A stretch of 55,728 bases of DNA, the filler included, from Sphacelaria rigidula (Eukaryota): the NCBI GenBank assembly GCA_964200075.2. It is 5 parts of 5 records of this genome, joined end to end, with 100 filler letters (N's around TTAATTAATTAA, not from the genome) between each part and the next. Parts side by side here need not be neighbours in the genome. Positions count along the whole stretch, not along the records: positions 44,665 to 55,728 come from CAXNAA020005449.1; 4 more parts are not named here. One strand, 5' to 3'. Below are positions 47,068 through 55,728 of this stretch, one piece after another. Made by a program: the position numbers and the translations under genes. The first letter of the stretch is position 1. The number at the start of each line of letters is the position of its first letter. The notes beneath the pieces are model-generated. The model was not told the origin of the DNA, made no database searches, and worked only from the letters and a program-made list of their open reading frames with translations.

Positions 47068-49563
47068 CTACCGTGTATCGGACGTCCGAGGAGAAGCACT
47101 ACGTACTCCTAGCTCCAACTTCACCCTCGAATCCTCCTCCATCTCTTCAAACGCCATATCATCAAACGTGCCCGAGCATCGAGTTACCGCTGCCGGCGAA
47201 CCACAACCCCATCCAGTACCCCCACAACCACTGCTGGTGAAACCACGACTCCCGCCTTCGCTGCCCCAACCACTTGCAGGAGAAGCCTGCTTCTGGAACA
47301 TCCTCGTCCCATCGCCACCCCGTGTAGGAGAAGGGACCGCCAGCTCTACCTTCATTCCTGCCCTTGCTCCTGCCCGCAAAAACACCTCATCATCAGCCCT
47401 CGAAGGTGGGTGTCTCGGGAGCAAAAGTGGACGTCCCCAGAGCGACGGGCTTCTCTCCCCCTGCCTGGAACCGGCACCTACGCCGTCGTTCGCACCAGAA
47501 CAAGACAGTGCTGCGCGCTTGCGTTTCATTCCTCGTTCACCAGCACCGCTCCCTCCATCACCCTCCGTCACGCTACGGCCAGGGGTGCCCTTAACAGGGT
47601 TGAGCTTCGTGGTGTCGAAAACGGCAGCCGTGTTGTGTACACTAGCATCCTCTCGGCAAAGTGTTTGCTTGTCGAAAGGTAGTTTGGAGCACTGCTTCTC
47701 GCCGCACCTCTTACGTACCACATTCGCCATTTTCACCCTGACCACCTTGGCGCAAACCTCTGTCTTACTGCTTACTGCCACACCAGAAGTCGGCAGCGTG
47801 GAGCAGAAGTCGTAGCCGTACTTGTTGTTCATCACACTCACCATTCCCGCCCTGGCATGCTTGGAACAGAAATCCGCCTTCTTGCTTCCCGCCACACCAT
47901 ACGACGGCTGCGTGGAGCACCCCTCGTGGACGCACGCCTTGTGCTTCACATCCACCATTCCCGCCCTGGCATGCTCAGAACATAACTCCGCCTTCCTGCT
48001 TCCCGCCACACCATACGACGGCTGCGTGGAGCAGCCCTCATACCCGCCAATTTTCTTTTTCACACTCACCATTCCCGCCCTGGCATGCTCAGAACAGAGA
48101 TTCGCCTTCTTGCGTCCCGCCAAACCATACGAAAGCTGGGTGGAGCAGCCCTCGCACCCGCATATTTTTGTCTTCACATTCACCATTCCCGCCCTGGCAT
48201 GCTTCGAACTGAACTCAACCTTCCTGCTTCCCGCCACACCATACGACGGCTGCGTGGAGCAGCCCTCGTCGCTGCACATCTTGTTCCTCACATTCACCAT
48301 TCCCGCCCTGGCATGCTCGAAACAGAACTCCGCCTTGCTTCCCGCCACACCATACGACGGCTGCATGGAGCAGCCCTCGTACCCGCAAATCTTGTTCCTC
48401 ACATTCACCATTCCCGCCCTGGCATGCTTGGAACAGAACTCCGCCTTCTTGCTTCCCGCCACACCATGCGACGGCAGCGTGGGGCAGCCCTCGTGCCCGC
48501 ACATCTTGTCCTTGACATTCACCATTTCCGCCCTGGCATGCTTGGAGCAAAACTCCGCCTTCGTGCTCCCCGCCACACCATACGATGCAAGCATGCGACA
48601 GCCCTCATCGCTGCACGTCTTGTCCTTCACATTCACCATTTCCCCCCTAGCATGCTTGACGCAAAACTCCGCCTTCTTGCTCCCCGCCACACCATACGAC
48701 GGCAGCGTGGAGCACCCCTCGTACCCGCACATCTTGTCCTTAACATTCACCATTCCCACCCTGGCATGTTTGAAACAGAACTCCGCCTTTTTGCTCCCCG
48801 CCAAACCATACGACGGGTGCGTGGAGCAGCCCTCGTCGCTGCACGTCTTGTGCTTCACATTCACCATTCCCGCCCTGGCATGCTTGGAACAGAACTTCGC
48901 CTTCTTGCTCCACGCCACACCATACGACGGCTGCATGGAGCAGCCCTCGTGCCCGCACATCTTGCTCTTCACATTCACCATTCCCGCCTTGGCATGCTTG
49001 GAGCAGAAATCCGCCTTCTTGCTCCCCGCAAAACCAAACGATGGAAGCGTGCGACAGCCCCCGTAGATGCACGTCTTGTCCTTCACATTCACCATTCCCG
49101 CCCTGGCATGCTTGGAACAGAACTCCGCCTTCGTGCTCCCCTCAACACTATACGACGGCAGCGTGGAGCAGCCCTCGTACCCGCACATCTTTCTTTTCAC
49201 ATTCACCATTCCCGCCCTGGCATGCTTGAAACAGAACTTCACCTTCGTGCTCCCCACCACACCATACGATGCAAGCGTGCGACAGCCGTCGTCGCTGCAC
49301 GTCTTATTCTGCACATTCACCATTCCCGCCTTGGCATATTTGGAACAAGATTTCGCCTTCGTGCTCCCCACCACACCATACGACGACTGAGAGGGACAGC
49401 CCTCGTACCCGCACTTGTTTCTCACACTCACCATTCCCGCCTTGGCATGCTTGGAACAGAACTCCACCTTCGTGCCTCCCGCCACACCATACGACGGACG
49501 CGTGGAGCAGCCCTCGTGGCCGCACATTTTGTTCCTCACATTCACCATTTTCGCCTCGGGCAT
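47068..49563 (-). CDS. EsV-1-7 cysteine-rich repeat protein, 831 aa, intronless (15 full plus 2 degenerate repeats, low-complexity C-tail)
   Basis: 38-aa repeats MVNVKxKxCxxEGCxxxPSYGVAGSKKAEFCSKHARAG (C-x4-C-x16-C-x2-H), the signature of the EsV-1-7 family known from Ectocarpus and its phaeovirus. Tail has a basic MKRKR motif and MKVE/VKLE motifs. Confidence 0.9.
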   Translation of the reverse strand: MPEAKMVNVRNKMCGHEGCSTRPSYGVAGGTKVEFCSKHAKAGMVSVRNKCGYEGCPSQSSYGVVGSTKAKSCSKYAKAGMVNVQNKTCSDDGCRTLASYGVVGSTKVKFCFKHARAGMVNVKRKMCGYEGCSTLPSYSVEGSTKAEFCSKHARAGMVNVKDKTCIYGGCRTLPSFGFAGSKKADFCSKHAKAGMVNVKSKMCGHEGCSMQPSYGVAWSKKAKFCSKHARAGMVNVKHKTCSDEGCSTHPSYGLAGSKKAEFCFKHARVGMVNVKDKMCGYEGCSTLPSYGVAGSKKAEFCVKHARGEMVNVKDKTCSDEGCRMLASYGVAGSTKAEFCSKHARAEMVNVKDKMCGHEGCPTLPSHGVAGSKKAEFCSKHARAGMVNVRNKICGYEGCSMQPSYGVAGSKAEFCFEHARAGMVNVRNKMCSDEGCSTQPSYGVAGSRKVEFSSKHARAGMVNVKTKICGCEGCSTQLSYGLAGRKKANLCSEHARAGMVSVKKKIGGYEGCSTQPSYGVAGSRKAELCSEHARAGMVDVKHKACVHEGCSTQPSYGVAGSKKADFCSKHARAGMVSVMNNKYGYDFCSTLPTSGVAVSSKTEVCAKVVRVKMANVVRKRCGEKQCSKLPFDKQTLCREDASVHNTAAVFDTTKLNPVKGTPGRSVTEGDGGSGAGERGMKRKRAALSCSGANDGVGAGSRQGERSPSLWGRPLLLPRHPPSRADDEVFLRAGARAGMKVELAVPSPTRGGDGTRMFQKQASPASGWGSEGGSRGFTSSGCGGTGWGCGSPAAVTRCSGTFDDMAFEEMEEDSRVKLELGVRSASPRTSDTR
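47845..49548 (-). repeat. Coding tandem array, about 114-nt unit x15
   Basis: Recurring cattcaccattcccgccctggcatgc on the + strand; units 2 and 11 are one codon shorter. Confidence 0.92.
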
Positions 49564-50739
49564 GCTTGTTGATGTACCTTCTTCTAGGAATGTCGGCCGT
49601 GAGGTCCTTCGGAGGCGCCCCTTCGAAATTGTACTGCTTAGAGTAGCACGAATACCCAGACGGCGGAAAATATTTTGTGAGTCGCAGACCAGAGCAAGTC
49701 AAAACGCCTTGCAGTGCAAACGTCATGTTATTGCTGCACAACCTTTGGAGAAAAAGCGTGTGCCTGCATTCAACTCAGAAGATGTTTCATGTGAGCTGAC
49801 GCCAACTTGCAAGATGATTCCAGCGGATGGGACGCCCTCTATGCCATTGCAGTAGGAATCAGAAGCGGATCGAGCAATAAAGTGGTACAAAACGAAATAC
49901 CATCATGCTACAGGGCGCATGTAAAGCACAACACCGATGCTAAAAGGATGTCGTATCATGGAGGAACGGCAGATTGCTACATTTCAAAGTAGCAAATGTA
50001 GGGCTTACACGTCACACACGACGAGTCACCCAGAAAATGTTATGCACGATCAAGAGCCAGACATAGTGACCGACTGAGTGAGCGATCGCCATCCAGCATC
50101 ACATGAGCAAGCTACTCGGGTACACATTTGAACGGGCGCGAGTGTGGGGGGCGGGACGGCTGCAGTGTTGCTAACCAACAGCGGCAGCAAAACTGTACCT
50201 GCCGTATTATAGATTGCAAAGAGGGTGAAGGCGATGTGATACATAAAGCGACTTTCTCAATTTAGCATAGACACTTGCTACGTCAAAATATGAAAATAAT
50301 TTGTTGAGATATGGACGACATGTTCTTGCACGAGTTAAGCGCAAGAAAAAATACATCAATATTTCACTGAAACGGCGCTGAATCATGAACCCCCAACTCA
50401 ATGTCCCACAAGTACGTTTTTTCGTGCTCTCACGATTTTAAATGTCAAACTTGAACGTCCGACCCCCGAAATTGAGGCAAGAATGCCATATCCACACCCC
50501 AGGTCGCTCGAGAATCGGCACAGTGTTTTGAAGGCCATTTGCCAGCCCAGTTCTGTCACTTGTGACTCGAACGTTCGTGTGGAGAGTCGCTACGGTATGA
50601 CATTGAGAAAAAAAGTGGGACAGGGAGTTTTCATTTGTAACATAGACCGTTTCTCACGGTTCGTGTTTGTTTGGGGCCGTCTTTGACACAGGTTGTAAAA
50701 CCTCAACAAGGAATACTTCCGTCACACATCTTGGATACT

Positions 50740-52029
50740 CTGCAGTGTCCCATCAAAGGAGTTGAGCCCACTTTTCATATTCGCTTGGCTCCAAGGTGTC
50801 GAGAATGGTCTCTGGAAACCACACACGGCTTGCAAACAAATGCGGTGCCTGTAGGTATTTTGACGTGGAGCTGAGAGTACCGACCGTTTGCCCGTGCTCC
50901 AGGGAATGTTTGCACTGATTATCATCATTACCAGCTCCACGTATCGTTCGGAGTTCCGTATAGACTTTGGTATGGGCGCAATTTCCATATGCTTCACAAT
51001 TTATCCGATATAGCATTCAATCTACGAGAAATCATCTGCCCAGGCTTTTTCCGCTCGTGAGCATCGTCTCTTAAATTAAACGATTAAAAGATATGCGCAT
51101 CACAGCTCAATCCGAGTATGTCGACGAGATATAGCTGTGAGAGGTACAATCCGTCATCAGGCTAACCCATCTCGAGTATGGTTTCGATCAAAACAGCCGT
51201 GGAAAGACCTGAAACGCCTGGACGAGAACGTTCCCACGTAGTTTTGTGCTATTAGCATCACCCAACGGCCTCCGTGGACTTTCCAGCGATGTCCCAGTCG
51301 TACAACGACTCATGAAGATTTGTGTTTTCGACAGGATATTGAACGATAATACCGCCGTGGCGGAGGTCAGAATCGAAACAGAAACTAAACAGAGGGTTCC
51401 ACGGTTCAGACGAATCATCGGTTCTAATCACTAAATCCACAATTTCTCAGGCCTGATTGGTCGAAAGAGAGAACAAGTCGACCGCTGGTCAAACAGGTCT
51501 CCACACAACTTTTGCGCCATTCCACGTGCCTAGGCTGCGTGTACCTGGCTTGCCACGCTGAAAACAAGGCGTAAGGATTGATTCGTGCCGTACGAATCAT
51601 TCACACTAAAATCAAGTAACTTCCCGACGAATCATTAATTTGTCCGAGCCTTGGAGGGTTTTGTAGACTCCAGCCACATTTGTTACCTAGGTTGGGGAAT
51701 AAATGTAGGCGGAAGAACGCGTAGTAGGTGTTTACCGCTGGTTGATGGATCGCAGGTGTGCATTGCATTGGTCCGAGCCAGCTTCTCCCCACGGGGCGTT
51801 CTTCATTATACAAGAATAGGAGCAGTGTCCCCAAATCGGCGGTAAACGTCGTGCAGCCAGGACAGCACCTCAAAGGAACGCAGCAACTCCGACACCCACT
51901 ATCGGAATACGGTACGTGCAACGACAGTTTGATGTCTTGAAACATTTCGTCAGATACGCGGCGTACAAAACAGGAGGTGCTCGCTTCCGGCAACTTCATG
52001 GGTTTCGAGCGTTTGTACTGAAACGGCAT
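50740..52029 (-). pseudogene. Decayed archaeo-eukaryotic primase (PrimPol / NCLDV-herpes type), possibly with a PriCT-2-like region
   Basis: Frameshifted motifs in the correct order: EMF..HVPYSDSG (cf. motif I YFDxE, ~51900); DPSTSGK / YAFFRLHLFP (cf. DxSTxxKxSxHL); LDFSV[NDS]YGTNQSLRLVFS..KPGTRSL (51613-51534; cf. DxxVYxxNRxFRLxxSxK); later NIPWST(W)QTVG..F..PWSQ..SFD. Motif matching by eye only. Confidence 0.5.
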
Positions 52030-52647
52030 GATTTCTGATACTATATAAGACTGGTTTTATAAGAGGTTGTGTACATAAAGGCACCCAATGTTCATCATCG
52101 GAATGGTACGTATGAGCTTTTCCTGCTGTGCTGTGCTGTGCTGTGCTGTGTCATGGCGGTCGCGGGTGCTCATGAGCTGCAGTGGTGAGCCTACACACAA
52201 GTTGTCACATATATCGTGTTTGACAGGGTAGCATGTGAGGTCGGCGCGTGTATGGTGTGCTGGCCATGAATTCGAAGACAACGGCGAAGTTTGGTCAAAG
52301 GTGGCGAATCCTTCACATGTGTGAAGAAAGTGTCCTGTGAACCACCCCGACAAGCGTTCGCGACTCGTGTGTACGGTTCCGCGTTATCGATGAGCTGCAC
52401 AGGGTGCGAGGACGACTCTGTACAACTCGTCTTGCGTAACGGAAAGCCCGCAAGAGTACCTCCTGGAAGTCATCGCAAAAGAAGGGAGGGGAGGGCACTC
52501 TGGCATGAAAGTGGAACACACAAGAAATAATGGGGATGACTCTCTGTTTTAGAACTATCGACCCATACTTCCTTGGATGCAAAGATTTTCAGTCATCCCG
52601 ACGTGTAGTAAAAGCTAATCCCGAGCACGGAATATTTACCTTGTGGT

Positions 52648-52904
52648 GAGCAATGCTACGGTAGGGGTGCACGTTTTTCGCGAAAGTTTGTCTGGTTCAG
52701 GGGCTCCTAACGATTCTAGACGCACAAGAATATGGGTCCGAGCATCCCCGTTTGCAGATTTATTCGGGGTATCCCCAGCATATTGGAATCGTCATCCTGA
52801 CGTACTCTCGCATATTTTCATAAGTCGTGCTTTGGATAAGATGAAGGGCTCCTAACAATTCTAACCTCAGAGAATATTTCTGTATCCCTACCGTAGCATC
52901 ACTC
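52648..52904. mobile_element. MITE with TGCTACGGTAGGG TIR (second copy about 41980-42206)
   Basis: atgctacggtaggg ... ccctaccgtagcat; the internal sequence aligns with 41980-42206. Confidence 0.75.
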
Positions 52905-55658
52905 TCGGGGTCTCAGCAGACTACGGCGGATCGCAGGCGCGGCATTACCACTTCATGCTGGGGCTCTGCACAATAATTCCATAGCACAACTACTTGTATT
53001 GGTATAACGGATCAGACTTGTGACGGGTAATGTTGACTTCATCGTGGTGAAACTCGCTCTGTACGAAGACGTGAAATGTAAAGCCATCGACCGACTGGAC
53101 AGGGTCATTCCATACATATTTTCAAATACTTGCTAGTTTTCATGGGGTGTCATATTGACCAAAGCTACCCGTACAGAAATTGCCATCCAACTCACACTTA
53201 GTCGTGAGGGGAAAAGTATGTTAGCACATTCGCCAATTCCTCGATAGCATGCAGGCCGGCGTACGCATGGACGACGGGGACCTCTGGCAGTGGTTCGAGG
53301 TAACTCAGGGACTACGGTAAAAATATGTGCTGTCTTCGCTGCTGCTGAATGTTTCGTTTGCTGCGGCGCTCGAGATAGTGCTCGCGATCCAGCGAAGACG
53401 ACAATATCCTCAAGGACAATGTACATCTCGACGAGGAGATGGTGGGGGGCATAAACAACTCTGGAACGCGTACGGAGAGCGGTGTGCGGAATGCTTTATG
53501 CCCATGAAGCGGCCATCGGCTCGATGTCCCCCGACGGCTTGGCGACAATGATGACTGCTGTAGTTTACGTGTTTGGGGTATTCGCATTGACGGTGTCGGA
53601 GAGGAAGACAGAGACTCTGCTGATGCGTGAACCCGAAAATCACCACAGATGGCACACAAGGGGGAGCCAGCCGCCAACACCACCCCCCGCGCCACTGGTC
53701 ATCGAAGCAGCGGGCTAGACGTGCGCACAAACCATGAAGGTGCGATGCTTCGGGGTGGGCCCGTTACCGAAGATGGCGAACCGGATAAAAGCCGTGTGGG
53801 CGTGCATCGGAAAGAGTTTCCCGGGAGTCTTTTGACCGACCGAAAGCACCTTGACGACTCAAGTTCCGACTGCTCAAGGCGGAGGCGATGGAGACCCTTT
53901 TGAAAGGATGCAGGACGTGAGCCCCGCGCCGCCCCGCACCCGAGCACTATCGGGTGCTGAGGACGGTGCACTACCGGCTTCTCCTGCGAGTTATCGGGTA
54001 CCGGCGCTTTCGTGGCACACACCGACAGCTATCGTAGACCAAGGCCCTCAAGAAGACCGGATGTCAAAGTGCTGAAGCCATCGTCCAGAGTTTCTAGTTT
54101 ATTGCCGAGGCATTTGCGGATGCGGTCAACTGTCGTGTATCGAGATCCGTGCCATGGAAACCGCTAAAATGGCGACCCCCCCCCGCCCCCCCGGAGCTCG
54201 CTACTAGCGAAGGCTCCGACATATCCTCTGGAGCGGCCGCTGCCCCGCTCTGGCTTGGTCTGAGGAACGTGGCTGGGAATGCCGTAAGTGAACGCATGTG
54301 TTCGGCACATACACCGTGAATATTTCCTAGCAGGAGGTACTGAAACATCATGAAGGGGGGAAAAGACACAGGGTAAGTGACTTCAGATTTGCCACCCCTG
54401 AACGATGATCTACAGCTGAAAGTTGATAGCAAATGTAAACGCTGTATGATTTTGCGCCAAGAAATAGTTGAAAAAAGCCAAGCTCCTATGCACACACACA
54501 GAAACTCTAAATACCACCCTCTCTTATACACGACTATATGGTGCTTAACTGGGCTCAACTTGCAGCCATTACTGTACACCTTGTCGATAGGAGGAGCCAA
54601 TGTCAGAACTGTACGAAAGGGTCAGTTGAAGAGAGCTTTCGTGCTTTGGTTTTTTGTTGCAATAGTTAGGGCTTGTCTGAAGCCGTGTCTTTTTCATTTT
54701 CTATCGACTCGAAAATATCTAAACGGACAATGCAGGCGGTAGAAAGCTGCACGTCGTCCGAGTCCTTTCACGTCGAATTGTAAGCAGAGAAAACAGTCCC
54801 GCGCTGTCTGTAGTGTACGTTGCCCGCTTCTTTTTTACATCCTACTGTACAAAATACGCACACATACACTCCAGATAAAATACATGCAACTAGTGCGGCC
54901 GGTACCGACTGTCTGCACTGTACACAAGTGACCATGTACTGCTTCACGATTTTCTTTTTCGATCGGAATTTGATTGTTCCCTCGTGCCCAACTCGAGGAA
55001 ATGAGCGACTTTTGCTCAGATCCATGCCGCGCCCTTTTTTTCGACGGAAAAATGTGTCAAGACACGCCCTTGGCACAGTAGACCAACTTTCATGGGAACG
55101 AATCTCGATACTTGTAGAAAATCGGGGGGACTCACTTTTGTGAAAGTCAGATCCGTGGGGACAGTTTTACAGTCTTGCAGACTCGAAAAATAGTTCTTGT
55201 ACACGGACAGTCATTTCTGGAGGAGTGTGCCATCGCGTACTAGGGAAGCCGAAGAGCAGACCGGCGGTGAACAATCCTTCGAGTACTGTGTCTTACCGTG
55301 GCACCCCAGTGTAATACGGTGCAGGAAACTCCATGACCAACTTACCCTGCGAATGGTATTCTATACTGCGTCAAGAGACAAAAGACAGCATAGAGTCGTC
55401 AGCCCACTTTCGCTGAAGCCACATGGAACCGAAGCTCAATACATGTCTTCCAGTGGACCCACCCGTCCTAGGACAGGCATCTGTTGTATCGGCACTGGTG
55501 GGTGACGGACGACGGTTTGTTTTTATTCCCTATTTCGAAACAATATTTTTGGAGTCCAGTTAATATCATTTTCATGAAATGAAAAGCCATGCCCCAGGAA
55601 CAACAGATACACTTGCACAAGGCAAGTTATTCATCCGCCATAACTTGTGGAATGATAA

Positions 55659-55659
<1 letters not shown>

Positions 55660-55727
<68 letters not shown>
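55660..55727. repeat. (ATT)n microsatellite at the contig end
   Basis: Direct trinucleotide run. Confidence 0.95.
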
Positions 55728-55728
55728 C

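Noticed and set aside
47845-49548. CRISPR-like regular repeats
   Set aside because: Units are whole coding repeats with no unique spacers; eukaryotic context; no cas genes.
47822-49572. Long plus-strand ORFs (414 aa, 495 aa) over the EsV-1-7 array
   Set aside because: Antisense shadows of a stop-poor 114-nt coding repeat; the minus frame carries the recognisable Cys/His motif.

Overview
Eukaryotic DNA, very probably from a brown alga (Phaeophyceae): it has an EsV-1-7 repeat gene, a WSC-domain gene, short GT-AG exons in long introns, and dense MITE/SINE repeats. The window is not one locus. It is five contigs of near-identical, descending length (11067, 11066, 11066, 11065, 11064 bp) joined by artificial N44-TTAATTAATTAA-N44 linkers, so neighbourhood only means something within a contig. 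Contig 1 (1-11067) holds a complete 3-exon gene for a secreted 511-aa protein with 3 WSC domains and 4 knottin-like Cys repeats. Contig 2 (11168-22233) holds two exons of a Tudor-like domain split by a 9.45-kb TE-filled intron. Contig 3 (22334-33399) is mostly nested MITEs/SINEs plus a tentative chain of small minus-strand exons. Contig 4 (33500-44564) holds 16 phase-consistent exons of a 5'-partial coiled-coil protein with a probable C-terminal membrane anchor. Contig 5 (44665-55728) is an intron-poor, virus-like segment: an intact 831-aa EsV-1-7 Cys/His repeat array with hypervariable positions, a convergent SET-domain ORF broken by one stop, and a decayed AEP/PrimPol-type primase. All gene models were assembled by eye from splice signals and reading frame; no database searches were run.
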